20,690 bases of DNA from an uncultured virus (IMG/VR IMGVR_UViG_3300020049_015491) (Duplodnaviria > Heunggongvirae > Uroviricota > Caudoviricetes): IMG/VR virus record IMGVR_UViG_3300020049_015491. The stretch is one strand, 5' to 3'. The notes under the pieces were generated by a model. The model was not told the origin of the DNA. It searched no databases and saw only the letters and a list, made by a program, of their open reading frames with translations. Both the position numbers and the translations under genes were made by a program. This document shows positions 1 to 8,552 of the stretch, piece after piece. How positions within the stretch are numbered: the first letter of the stretch is position 1; each line of letters begins with the position of its first letter.

Positions 1-79
1 GCAAGCATGGTTTTTCTTCTGCACCGGGTTCGGGTGTATTTTGACCACGAGCCTCTACAACCTTTATATCGTTTGCCAT
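1..79 (-). CDS. 5' part of a hypothetical protein running off the left edge (MANDIKVVEARGQNTPEPGAEEKPCL...)
   Basis: ATG at 79 on the minus strand, with AAGGAG at about 87-92 overlapping the stop of the upstream gene. The frame is open to the window edge. Confidence 0.55.
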   Translation of the reverse strand, partial: MANDIKVVEARGQNTPEPGAEEKPCL

Positions 80-90
80 ATTCGAACTCC

Positions 91-525
91 TTAGCGTTTA
101 ATATAATAAACCTTTTTTAATGGTTGAATTTTGTTGGGATCTACCAACACGGCATCTCCATTTATGATTGCTCCAACCAGTTTTGTTATGATTGAATCTG
201 GAAAAACTACTATTGGTATCTTTCCCTTGGCCATAAGATCAAGCATTTCTGCGATGATTGACTCTTTTCGTACATTATCCGGTAGATCTTCTGGAGCCGG
301 GCCGTCGCGCACAATCCGGTCAGCCACCAGATGATAATAGGCCGCCCAAGCCGCTTCTAAGCTTCTAGTAGCTTGATAGATGTCGGTTACTGTTTTGTCG
401 TCATGGAATAACCGCCGATGGTTGGGTCCCTCACCGGACAAGATATCCATGAACTGATGGACATCAGTAAACTTCTTTCCAATCATAATGTCATCAATAT
501 TAAAATGGATCTCATGCTGAGGCAT
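91..525 (-). CDS. His/Asp-rich helical protein, putative metal-dependent hydrolase
   Basis: Motifs HxxHxxxD, VHxxMD, HRxxxHD and HLxxD. GGAGG RBS at 532-536. Overlaps the stop of the upstream gene. Confidence 0.65.
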   Translation of the reverse strand: MPQHEIHFNIDDIMIGKKFTDVHQFMDILSGEGPNHRRLFHDDKTVTDIYQATRSLEAAWAAYYHLVADRIVRDGPAPEDLPDNVRKESIIAEMLDLMAKGKIPIVVFPDSIITKLVGAIINGDAVLVDPNKIQPLKKVYYIKR

Positions 526-721
526 CGGCTTCCTCCGATAACGGTTCTAGGGTATCTATGATCATCTTGGTAGTGAATAAGATACAATAGGAAACGAAAG
601 AAGACTGGTCGTCATTGCATAAACCAGCTTCACTAGCCAGTGCTGAAGCATGAATGACAGCTTCCAATTCGCTCTTATCAACTTTGCCAGTTAGCACGCC
701 AGTCTTGACCGGGAACCACAT
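512..721 (-). CDS. Small putative ribbon-helix-helix DNA-binding protein (69 aa; start re-assigned to ATG 721)
   Basis: Strand VLTGKVD, helix KSELEAVIHASALA and second helix QSSFVSYCI fit the RHH layout. The ATG at 721 lies 25 nt from the TATA element at 746-752. Confidence 0.5.
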   Translation of the reverse strand: MWFPVKTGVLTGKVDKSELEAVIHASALASEAGLCNDDQSSFVSYCILFTTKMIIDTLEPLSEEADASA

Positions 722-740
722 GTATCGAGTGTAGGGAAGG

Positions 741-752
741 CAACCTTTATAT
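741..752. promoter_or_regulatory. Archaeal TATA element (CAACCTTTATAT), possibly serving both divergent leaderless genes
   Basis: TTTATAT at 746-752 is 23 nt before ATG 775 (+) and 25 nt before ATG 721 (-). The same 12-mer precedes tnpB. Confidence 0.65.
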
Positions 753-774
753 GTATTTCTATAAATCATAATTT

Positions 775-1962
775 ATGACGCGCAAACCAGGTCGTCCTCC
801 TGCTGACGAGGTATCAGACGTAGCTGCGAAGCAGGTATTGGATGCTAAGAAGATTACCACTAATGATGAGACTGCTGGTTTATTAGAGCGAGCAAATGCA
901 ATGCTGGAGCAAACCGCAAAGAATGCTCTTTTGAACACGGCAGTGACCAGTGCTAAAAAGGCAGAAATAATTTCAAAACGTGAGCTAAAAGAAATCCAAG
1001 ATGAAGATATACCAAAAACAGGAAACAGCGTTCAAAGGATGGCTGGGGGTATGAGTGTGGATGATATTCGAACAGTTGCAGAAACATTACCTGAAGCTAA
1101 CCGAGAAGAATTTATTCGACAGGCACTGGGGATGCAAACCGCAATGAGTGGTGGGAATCCAATGATGAGCGCATGGTTCCAGAATAAAACTGCTCAGGCC
1201 CGTCAACCTCAACCAGCAACGGATACTCCACCTATGACCCTATCTGACACCATCCAGGCTATGATGGGCATGATGATGATGCAAAGTCAGATCAACCAAC
1301 AGAAGTCGGATGCCTGGAGGGAGCAGCAAGAGTTCGAAGAAAAGGCGCATAAAAGACGCATGGAAGAGCTTCGCGAAGCCAGGGGAAATAATGCTGTCCC
1401 TACAACCAGTCCAGAAATTGAAGCTCTTAAATTACAAATGGAATTTTATAAAGAAACCATAAAAGAAAATCAGGCATTGATCAAAGAGTTTGCTACGGCT
1501 AAACCAAATGCAGGCGACAGTGAACTGCGCACTGAAATAATGGCGCTCACAAAGAAGAATTTAGAAGATCAAAAACAGGCACTGGATGAGAAGGTTAAAA
1601 CCCTGGAAGGCAGATTGGCCGATGCCAGTCGGTTTAACCTCAATGTTCATGAAATGGTCAAGCAGGCTAACGAAGCCGGCGCGAACCTTCACGTTGGAGA
1701 TACTACCGATGTGCAGCTCGCGAACGAACATGAGTTCAGAATGGAACAGTTGAAGCAGCAATCTCTCCGAGAACAGCGAGACTATGAGCAATCCATAGCA
1801 AACGCCAATGCTCAGGCAGAAGCGGCCAGAGCCCAGCAAGATGCCATCAAAATGATCCTCACAGAGGTCGGAGGCGCAATCGTCCAAAGTAAATTTGCTC
1901 CACCCAAAAGCCTGGCTGAATCAAGTCCAAACGTACAATCGATAGTTGGGGGATATAAATGA
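775..1962 (+). CDS. Coiled-coil protein with N-terminal AT-hook-like motif, function unknown
   Basis: 395-aa ORF starting RKPGRPP, with long E/K/Q-rich heptad helices and Met-rich patches. Confidence 0.8.
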   Translation: MTRKPGRPPADEVSDVAAKQVLDAKKITTNDETAGLLERANAMLEQTAKNALLNTAVTSAKKAEIISKRELKEIQDEDIPKTGNSVQRMAGGMSVDDIRTVAETLPEANREEFIRQALGMQTAMSGGNPMMSAWFQNKTAQARQPQPATDTPPMTLSDTIQAMMGMMMMQSQINQQKSDAWREQQEFEEKAHKRRMEELREARGNNAVPTTSPEIEALKLQMEFYKETIKENQALIKEFATAKPNAGDSELRTEIMALTKKNLEDQKQALDEKVKTLEGRLADASRFNLNVHEMVKQANEAGANLHVGDTTDVQLANEHEFRMEQLKQQSLREQRDYEQSIANANAQAEAARAQQDAIKMILTEVGGAIVQSKFAPPKSLAESSPNVQSIVGGYK

Positions 1963-2318
1963 CACTACCCCAACTAAAAATTATTCTTGATGTTTTTCGT
2001 TCTAAGAAAGATGACATCCCAAACGAATCCACGATAAAAGGATATGTCAACCAGTCTCAAGTTATGGGTGTAAATTCCTCCGTAAATATAATACTTCAAA
2101 CGGAGGCGTGGAAGATAGCGTTACCACATCTACAAAGTGCGATTAATGATATCCCGGTGAGTGAAAATGACGAGATATATGCTCAAATTTTGAACGCTGC
2201 AGAGGCGCTTTGGCCAAACTTTATATCAGTAGTCGCAGGAAATAGTAAGAAGAAAGCTCATGTAATGGGAATATTGACAAGGATGGTCAAGGAGATTCGC
2301 GATGCCCCTACCAATTGA
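1959..2318 (+). CDS. Hypothetical helical protein (119 aa)
   Basis: Start abuts the end of the upstream gene and the 3' end overlaps the next gene; operon-like arrangement. Confidence 0.75.
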   Translation: MTLPQLKIILDVFRSKKDDIPNESTIKGYVNQSQVMGVNSSVNIILQTEAWKIALPHLQSAINDIPVSENDEIYAQILNAAEALWPNFISVVAGNSKKKAHVMGILTRMVKEIRDAPTN

Positions 2319-3183
2319 GAATATCACGGATGAAAAATACGGTGTAGACGGCCCGTACAGGGTCTATTATGTCCCAGAAGGCAACGGTCTTAAAGAATAT
2401 GCCAGGGAGGATTTCAGGAACCCAATCGATTTTGATGGTAATAACAAACCACTGGTTTACTTACAACTAACCAAGAATCCATCGACCAGGCAGTTTGTGC
2501 CGTATGCGATTTACTACGATGCAACGGTATATACTGATGATGATATATTATCGATCCCTACCCTTCCAAAAATTGGCCAAACGTGTTCCTATTGCCAATC
2601 CCGAAACAAGGTGAATGAAGCCCTGGGATTGGATGACTCTATCCCGCCTGCTAAAACTGTTGAAACTGCGTTGGAACCATATTCCAACATCATCCAGAAT
2701 GAGGTGCAGAGACCAGTTGCCGCCATTCGACCCGAAGGCAACCAATATATGGATATGGGAAAAATCATCACGCCTTCATTGATTCCGGCTGCTGTTGATG
2801 TTTTCTCAAAAGTGTTTTGCCAACCTTTCGGAGAAGCATTGGTCAAGATTGGAGCTGCCGGCCTGGCATCCATTGCGGCTGGATGGGCAGCGGAGGGAGG
2901 CACCCAGGGGGCCTGGCGAAAGATCTCGGAGGATATAATTCGGGATTATAAGGTATGCCCCACTGACATTCCAAAAATCCAACAAAACATTGTTGAGATG
3001 AAAAATGCTTTGGTAAAAGATAGACAGAATATCCTTGGTGCGTTGGGTGCCGGAACGCTGAAAAATTTCAATTCCATTGCAAAAGAGCATGGCTTTGAAT
3101 TTAACGCCAATGCTCAGGTGGGGGTACGTGGGGCAGCGTCTGTAGCACCATTGAAACGGGGACCTGGGAGGGCGATAGACTAA
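2302..3183 (+). CDS. Hypothetical protein with CxxC, a Gly/Ala-rich hydrophobic segment and a basic C-terminus; possibly membrane-associated virion protein
   Basis: AGGAG upstream. Contains CSYC, ALVKIGAAGLASIAAGWAA and the tail PLKRGPGR. Confidence 0.75.
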   Translation: MPLPIENITDEKYGVDGPYRVYYVPEGNGLKEYAREDFRNPIDFDGNNKPLVYLQLTKNPSTRQFVPYAIYYDATVYTDDDILSIPTLPKIGQTCSYCQSRNKVNEALGLDDSIPPAKTVETALEPYSNIIQNEVQRPVAAIRPEGNQYMDMGKIITPSLIPAAVDVFSKVFCQPFGEALVKIGAAGLASIAAGWAAEGGTQGAWRKISEDIIRDYKVCPTDIPKIQQNIVEMKNALVKDRQNILGALGAGTLKNFNSIAKEHGFEFNANAQVGVRGAASVAPLKRGPGRAID

Positions 3184-3401
3184 TGCCTCCCAATCCTTCT
3201 TTGACTAATGCCATTACGATTCTGAGAAAGGCGCAACTATTTCCTATCGATATCAGACAAGCTCAGGATTTAGTTACCCGGTCTGGCATTCGGGTAAATG
3301 ATATAAATGTGGCCTTATATTGGGCTGAAAAAGGAAATATGGATCAGGCAAAACTGGCTGCCGGTAGGGCGGCAACTGCCATAAGTAAGCTTATTCGATA
3401 G
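3183..3401 (+). CDS. Small hypothetical protein (72 aa)
   Basis: TAATG stop/start overlap with the upstream gene, followed by T-rich tracts. Confidence 0.7.
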   Translation: MPPNPSLTNAITILRKAQLFPIDIRQAQDLVTRSGIRVNDINVALYWAEKGNMDQAKLAAGRAATAISKLIR

Positions 3402-3466
3402 CTGGTTTTTGCCTGGTTTTAGTAAACTCTGGGTTCTCGGCCATCCATTTTTTTATTAGTGATCTA

Positions 3467-3493
3467 ACAACTGCACTTGCAGTTGTGTTTTTT
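3467..3493 (+). terminator. Perfect inverted repeat plus T-run (terminator or operator)
   Basis: ACAACTGCA-CT-TGCAGTTGT (3467-3486) followed by GTTTTTT. Confidence 0.45.
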
Positions 3494-3642
3494 CGCCTGC
3501 ACCTAATGATAAAATCATCTTTATCAATCGACGGCATGTCCACGGCTAACATATCAGCTATTTTAGTTAAACTGATATTTGTATGTTTCTATAGACCTAA
3601 ATATCTAATTTTTCAGGTTTACATAATTATTCAAACCATAAA

Positions 3643-3706
3643 TTATAAATACCCAGACTGTAAGGGTTCCCTATCGTGATTAAATCCACGAAATTAAAAC
3701 GGAGGT
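3643..3706 (+). promoter_or_regulatory. TATA box and strong RBS of the candidate major capsid gene
   Basis: TTATAAATA at 3643-3651. GGAGGT at 3701-3706, 6 nt before ATG 3713. Confidence 0.65.
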
Positions 3707-3712
3707 TCTAAT

Positions 3713-4894
3713 ATGGTTAAAGGATTCGGACGGATGACGTTGAATTTCAAGTTCCCGTTCTCCGTAACGGCAACCACCCCCGGTGCGAGTGTCCAGGTAG
3801 GAGACGACCCAGCCTATGTATATGAAATTGGGCTGGAGAGGTATTCTAAGCCCTGGGAGTGCGCTCCGGACATGGTATGCGAGCTTGAGGGTATTGAGAT
3901 CATAGGTCCCGTAGATGCTTTCGGTGCCAGAGTGCCTATCAAGAGAGTTGCCCCGGTCATCGCCGGAAACGATATCGGTGAGAACATTTCTATCAATGAG
4001 CACATGGCCCCCGCCCTGCGTGACGGCGGATGGAACTCCAACTATCCCTTCAGGGATAGAATGACCTGCACCAACTTTGGCAAGGCTCTCCTGATGGGTG
4101 GAGGCGCTGATACGGCCACGCCCAAGATCGGTCCTGGCGAAACCCTCAACTTCAAGGTTGAGTTCCCGACTTTGGCCCACGGTGGAGATGCAGCCATCAA
4201 CACCGATATGGAAATCAAGGCCCACCTCGCCTTTGCAAAGGGCAAGGATCAGATGCTGAATGCTCTGAAGGCCAGTCCCGTAGCTGAGGTAGCTGAAGCA
4301 GCCAATGCCGGCCAGATCAGACAGTACGCCGTCCTGGGAGACCTGGAGATCGCTGACATTATTGAAGCACAGGTTTTCGATAGGTCTGTGCCTGCTGAAC
4401 TCGAAGAGTGGACTTCTCTGAACATGGGTCAGAATTCTGATGATCCGCAGATCCGGAGAATCATAACCTACTCCAAGAACAACCAGCCCACCACGCCCAA
4501 CCAGGAAATGGAGCTGGTTAGGGATGGTCAGTATGTCCAGGTTCCCTTCCAGAACATGCGCTGGACTTCCACTGAAAAGAAGTTCTACAGGTTCACCCAT
4601 GTCGGCGTGATCCCCCACGCGAACATGTTCCAGCTCAAGTTTGACCGTGGAAACAGTCGGTTCCCCATGGTTTTCAACTGCGAGCCAGCCGACAATCCGT
4701 TCATCATGCCTCAGCAGAGGCTCGTCTGGAACCCCAGGATTAGTGGTCCGACAGAGCTTGCCAGGCCGTACACCCTGATGAAGGAAATCGGAGCTGTCAA
4801 GATTACCGACAACGGTGTAGCTATTCCTGCCTGGGCTGCTGGTGTCAGAGGATTCGAGATCGCTCTCTGGGGATATGAGTACACCCTGAAGTAG
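3713..4894 (+). CDS. Putative major capsid protein (two predicted beta-sandwich/jelly-roll domains)
   Basis: 393 aa with alternating hydrophobic beta-strand patterns in two halves separated by a helical linker. Has its own promoter, a consensus RBS and a marked preference for C-ending codons, suggesting high expression. No HK97 gene context. The fold is inferred. Confidence 0.6.
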   Translation: MVKGFGRMTLNFKFPFSVTATTPGASVQVGDDPAYVYEIGLERYSKPWECAPDMVCELEGIEIIGPVDAFGARVPIKRVAPVIAGNDIGENISINEHMAPALRDGGWNSNYPFRDRMTCTNFGKALLMGGGADTATPKIGPGETLNFKVEFPTLAHGGDAAINTDMEIKAHLAFAKGKDQMLNALKASPVAEVAEAANAGQIRQYAVLGDLEIADIIEAQVFDRSVPAELEEWTSLNMGQNSDDPQIRRIITYSKNNQPTTPNQEMELVRDGQYVQVPFQNMRWTSTEKKFYRFTHVGVIPHANMFQLKFDRGNSRFPMVFNCEPADNPFIMPQQRLVWNPRISGPTELARPYTLMKEIGAVKITDNGVAIPAWAAGVRGFEIALWGYEYTLK

Positions 4895-4904
4895 GTGATA
4901 TGAA

Positions 4905-5681
4905 ATGATTACTATAATTCCAGTTCTATCTGTACCCTTGAGCACCGTACAGGGAATATCTGATTATTGGGTGCGGCTCCCAATCGGAGCAGCCCCGATA
5001 AGAAACCTCTACACTGCTGGCGTAGGCAGTGCGTCTGTCGGTGGAGCATTCGTGCTCCGCAAGAAAGCCGATTCCACGGTTGTCTTGCTGTCATGCGATG
5101 CTGCGTTCGATGAGGATGTCCCCGCTGGCTGCACAGTAGCTCTCGATACCACGACCCACAAGGTTGGCACTGGCTGCAACAAGTTCACCTTCTCTGCTGC
5201 TGCTGCTGCTGGTATTATCGTGTGTGATAGCATCGGCTCCACGCTCAACACCCTGCTCAGTGCTGTATCCCTTGAGTTCTGGGCCAAGTGCAGTATCGCT
5301 ACTGCGGCCAGTGACTTCAAGATCCATCTGGACGATACCGCCAAGTGCGCCTCTGCTCTCGGCATCTACAGCGTCCCTGCTCTGCAGGCTGGCATCTGGC
5401 GGCATTGCCGGGTAGCCATCGCAGATCCCAGCATTCTGATCGCCATCATCTCTGTGGGTGTAGAGTACGATGTGGACATCGGAGCATGTGACTTCTGGAT
5501 AGATGATATCCGAGCCGTGAAGTCTTTCAGCATGCAGATTGATCAGCTCACCATCGATCAGTTCATCTTCGATGACGTATACTTCGCGCTGAGCGAGGGA
5601 TTTGAGGCGTATGACTCCGATTATACGCTGATTTTCCTGACCTACGAGGCTGCCGGCGAAGACACCAGAGCATCCAACTAG
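4905..5681 (+). CDS. Putative minor capsid/decoration protein with a galactose-binding-like (CBM-type) beta-sandwich
   Basis: AGGTGA RBS. Pattern SLEFWAK...DFKIHL...AGIWRHCRVAI...DFWIDDIRA is typical of CBM-like jelly rolls. Confidence 0.65.
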   Translation: MITIIPVLSVPLSTVQGISDYWVRLPIGAAPIRNLYTAGVGSASVGGAFVLRKKADSTVVLLSCDAAFDEDVPAGCTVALDTTTHKVGTGCNKFTFSAAAAAGIIVCDSIGSTLNTLLSAVSLEFWAKCSIATAASDFKIHLDDTAKCASALGIYSVPALQAGIWRHCRVAIADPSILIAIISVGVEYDVDIGACDFWIDDIRAVKSFSMQIDQLTIDQFIFDDVYFALSEGFEAYDSDYTLIFLTYEAAGEDTRASN

Positions 5682-5719
5682 AAAAAAGTGGAGTCCTCGT
5701 GACTCCTATTCTCTTTTTA
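5682..5719. terminator. Bidirectional terminator between convergent genes
   Basis: A6 run, then hairpin GGAGTC-ctcgt-GACTCC (5690-5706), then TATTCTCTTTTT. Confidence 0.55.
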
Positions 5720-5933
5720 GAAAATTCAATGTTCCCCTAATGTCTGCCAGTATTCGTTCTACATCCAGACTCTTATCGATCTTTGGTGGAAATATAATAA
5801 TCACTCCATGTTCCATAGCCTGCAGCTCGGTATTTTGAGAGATTTTATTTCTATCGCACCATGCTTTAGGAAGGGTTATTCTCATAGATGACCCACCAGA
5901 TACGGTAGCTTTAACTGTTTTTAATATAGGCAT
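5706..5933 (-). CDS. AbrB/MazE/SpoVT-family DNA-binding protein
   Basis: Swapped-hairpin signature GGSSMRITLPKAWCDRNKI...ELQ...GVIIIFP. Confidence 0.85.
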   Translation of the reverse strand: MPILKTVKATVSGGSSMRITLPKAWCDRNKISQNTELQAMEHGVIIIFPPKIDKSLDVERILADIRGTLNFLKRE

Positions 5934-6066
5934 ATTAAGAAGACGAACTTTAAGTTATTTAATATTTTCCATTTATTGAATTGAACATTATTATTTCGGT
6001 AGTCCTATTTAACTTATTTATCTTATTTACACAATGCTTTTATAATTCATTTAACTCATTTTAATC
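5934..6066. promoter_or_regulatory. AT-rich divergent promoter region (abrB-like gene / long structural operon)
   Basis: TTTTATAA at about 6038-6045, roughly 22 nt before ATG 6067. A minus-strand TATTAAATA lies about 25 nt before ATG 5933. Confidence 0.6.
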
Positions 6067-7140
6067 ATGTCGTTCGCAAAGCCAGGATTTGCTAAATACC
6101 CGGTTGAGGTTCTGCCTGAGGTTCAAGTAGATAACGTAACTACTGCAGGTGCAGAAATCGCCAGGTATGACAACTACGGAAAAAGACTAATCGAACTCCG
6201 CAATGTTGTTTCGTCAAGACCAGCGGCCAACCCCGTTGAAACTACCATCCATTCGGATATTTTCGGGGTAGTCCAGCGACTATACAGCGCTGCGCAGCCC
6301 AACGTCAGGCTTGAGTCGGGAATGCCAGGCAGCATGTCCAAATGTAGAACGTCCGGTACAATCAACATCAGAAGCATTGGAGGTAACGAAGCAAACATTA
6401 TTTCCAGATGGCATGTCGTAGTCAGAAATTATAACCTTCTCGATCTCTACCAGTGGGGCGTCAAGCCGGAAGAAGGCCTGAGCATGATTGAACCAAGGCT
6501 CACTGATGCCGACAGGACCAGAATTCTGACGGCAGCCAACCTGCAGGAGTTGGAGCTGGTAGGCCGTCTCCCAACTCACCAGGATCTCCTCGACCCAGCC
6601 ATCGAGTCTCAGTTCCCAGGTGGCATCAAAGAAATCGAAAGGCAGATTCCAGCCCTTGCGGCCAATGGCGGCTCGCATGTCCTGGGTGGCTCTTGGATCG
6701 CTGTTCCCCCAGGAATGGTTGCTGTGATCCTTTCCGTCGCAGTCGATGCCCAACAGTTAGTTCTCAATCTGGCTGCTGGCACAGGCCCGTATAACTGCTG
6801 CTACATCTACATCAGCAGGGATGATGTCGAGAACTATGTCAGATTAGATGCCTCGGCCATGCCCAGCCTGATGGGTGGAGCTGCAGGAACCATCGATGGA
6901 GATGTCCGGATGTTCATCCCAGCCATTCAGCGGTTCCAGGTTCAAATCGTAAATAACCACACGGTGAGCCCGGTGGCGGCAAACCTTCGCATGAGAATCC
7001 GGTATGGATTGAGAAAGATAACATTGGTAGATCACGAGAAATGGGGAATCCCCATGTCGGCCTCAGAACAGGCTGCTGCTGCGACTCTGATGGATAAATA
7101 TAGTATCCAGGATAATGTAAAAATCGGTATCGAGCAGTAA
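6067..7140 (+). CDS. Second capsid-like protein with an internal two-domain duplication
   Basis: The halves align: RLYSAAQPNV vs RLDASAMPSL, and ANIISRWHVVVRNYNLLDLYQWG vs ANLRMRIRYGLRKITLVDHEKWG. Beta-rich; first gene of the structural operon. Confidence 0.55.
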   Translation: MSFAKPGFAKYPVEVLPEVQVDNVTTAGAEIARYDNYGKRLIELRNVVSSRPAANPVETTIHSDIFGVVQRLYSAAQPNVRLESGMPGSMSKCRTSGTINIRSIGGNEANIISRWHVVVRNYNLLDLYQWGVKPEEGLSMIEPRLTDADRTRILTAANLQELELVGRLPTHQDLLDPAIESQFPGGIKEIERQIPALAANGGSHVLGGSWIAVPPGMVAVILSVAVDAQQLVLNLAAGTGPYNCCYIYISRDDVENYVRLDASAMPSLMGGAAGTIDGDVRMFIPAIQRFQVQIVNNHTVSPVAANLRMRIRYGLRKITLVDHEKWGIPMSASEQAAAATLMDKYSIQDNVKIGIEQ

Positions 7141-7149
7141 GGAGGGACC

Positions 7150-7518
7150 ATGATCTATAAGCATGTCCCGTTCTCTGTGTACCGGCTCGCTGTAGGCGGA
7201 GTTGGGGATGCAGGGCTCCATAAATATAACATCATGGATGGTGATGCATCACAGAGCGGCCTGGGCGTTCCAGCCAAGGCCCTCACCATCGTCAACCATG
7301 GACCGGGTATCTTGTACTACCAAATCAGTTCGAACGGTAGCGATGTGTCTGTTATCGACGGTTTGGACTCTGGCCAGGCCAAAGCCTACCAAACCACTGA
7401 AGGCATCTACACCGCCATCCTAACTCTGTACTCTGATAATGCTGCCACCGTCTTTTCATTTGTGGCAACACCCGGAGAATGGACAGAGGAAGAACTTGCT
7501 GAAGTGCTCGGAGGCTAA
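7150..7518 (+). CDS. Small all-beta protein, candidate single-jelly-roll penton/vertex protein
   Basis: AAGGAGG RBS. Successive short strands ALTIVNHG, ILYYQIS, AILTLYS and VFSFVAT. The role is inferred. Confidence 0.55.
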   Translation: MIYKHVPFSVYRLAVGGVGDAGLHKYNIMDGDASQSGLGVPAKALTIVNHGPGILYYQISSNGSDVSVIDGLDSGQAKAYQTTEGIYTAILTLYSDNAATVFSFVATPGEWTEEELAEVLGG

Positions 7519-7520
7519 AA

Positions 7521-8552
7521 ATGCCACTCTTAGTTCAACTGACCATAAAAACCGATGTCGATAGCCTCTTTATCAGCAGGGATACCGGAGGCACCCTTTT
7601 TGTTGATAAAGCATATGCTGCGGCATCAGATAGCAATGATGGTTTCTCGGCAACTTCGCCAAAACTCACCATCATGGGTGCAGTGAATGCTGCCGGAGCT
7701 GGATGGACCATTTGCATAGCTCCAGGAACGTATGCTGAGAACGTGGTAATCCCAGCAGGTTACGATGGAATTAAGCTAATAGGAAGAGCGAGAGATGGGA
7801 CGAATAAGACCAGTATTTCGCCGGTTACTGGTAGACCGTTGACCATTAACTGCGGGTACTCTGAGATCCAGCTTTTGGAGCTGGTTGACACGGCTGCTGC
7901 ACCGGGAGATCCCAACAATGTCTGCCTGTACGTTACCGGGTATGGTCATAAAATCCATGACATAGCAATTTCTGCAGTCAGCCTTGCCTGCTGGGGAATA
8001 TGGCTAGATGATGTTGATTATGGAGATATCTATAACTGCCATCTGGATGGAAACTATACCATAAGCGGTATCGGACTCATGATAGGCGATGATTCTATAG
8101 GCAACCACATCCATAACAATTTCATTACCAAATGGGGTTCCGGAACGGGCTCTGGGCTAGGCAACAATGGCTACGCTATTGGTCGGCACATTGATGCACA
8201 GCGCACGATCATCGAAGAAAACGATATCATAGACAATTTCGTTGGCGTCTACTTTTATCCAACAGGTGGAGTAACCACTGTGGAAGGCGATTACGTAGGC
8301 CATAACAACTTCTTCGAAAATGCAAGCTATGATATCTACGATGAGCACGATTTTCCAGCATCTGCTAACCAGATAGACGAGAATTTCTATGGCTACCTGG
8401 ATGGCGCAATTCCGTGGTATCTGGATGAAGATGGTGACAACATCGCAGATTACATCGTAAGATGCGGGCCATCGAATCGTGATAAACACCCATTACCAAG
8501 TCCATTTGCATGGAAGAATGGTAAAGGCAATACCCGAGTTGGAGTGATCTAA
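7521..8552 (+). CDS. Right-handed parallel beta-helix (pectin lyase-like) protein, putative spike/depolymerase
   Basis: N-terminal FVD...SDSNDG.S...PKLTI..AV...ICIAPGTYAENV motif, followed by GIWL/IYNC/IHNNFI/IEENDI/VGHNNF beta-helix repeats. Confidence 0.85.
   Translation: MPLLVQLTIKTDVDSLFISRDTGGTLFVDKAYAAASDSNDGFSATSPKLTIMGAVNAAGAGWTICIAPGTYAENVVIPAGYDGIKLIGRARDGTNKTSISPVTGRPLTINCGYSEIQLLELVDTAAAPGDPNNVCLYVTGYGHKIHDIAISAVSLACWGIWLDDVDYGDIYNCHLDGNYTISGIGLMIGDDSIGNHIHNNFITKWGSGTGSGLGNNGYAIGRHIDAQRTIIEENDIIDNFVGVYFYPTGGVTTVEGDYVGHNNFFENASYDIYDEHDFPASANQIDENFYGYLDGAIPWYLDEDGDNIADYIVRCGPSNRDKHPLPSPFAWKNGKGNTRVGVI

Noticed and set aside
58..70. Third copy of CAACCTTTATATC
   Set aside because: It lies inside the minus-strand ORF starting at 79, with no suitably spaced start codon. 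Probably coincidental.
722..769. N-terminal extension of ORF 512..769 given in the ORF track
   Set aside because: It would run through the TATA element and leave only 5 nt to the divergent gene. ATG 721 fits promoter spacing better.
3680..4945. 421-aa antisense ORF covering the candidate capsid gene
   Set aside because: A shadow ORF expected from the strong codon bias of the sense gene. It has no recognisable motifs, and the expression signals belong to the + strand.
5195..5210. (GCT)n microsatellite as a phase-variation site
   Set aside because: A short in-frame trinucleotide run encoding poly-Ala; slippage would not shift the frame.
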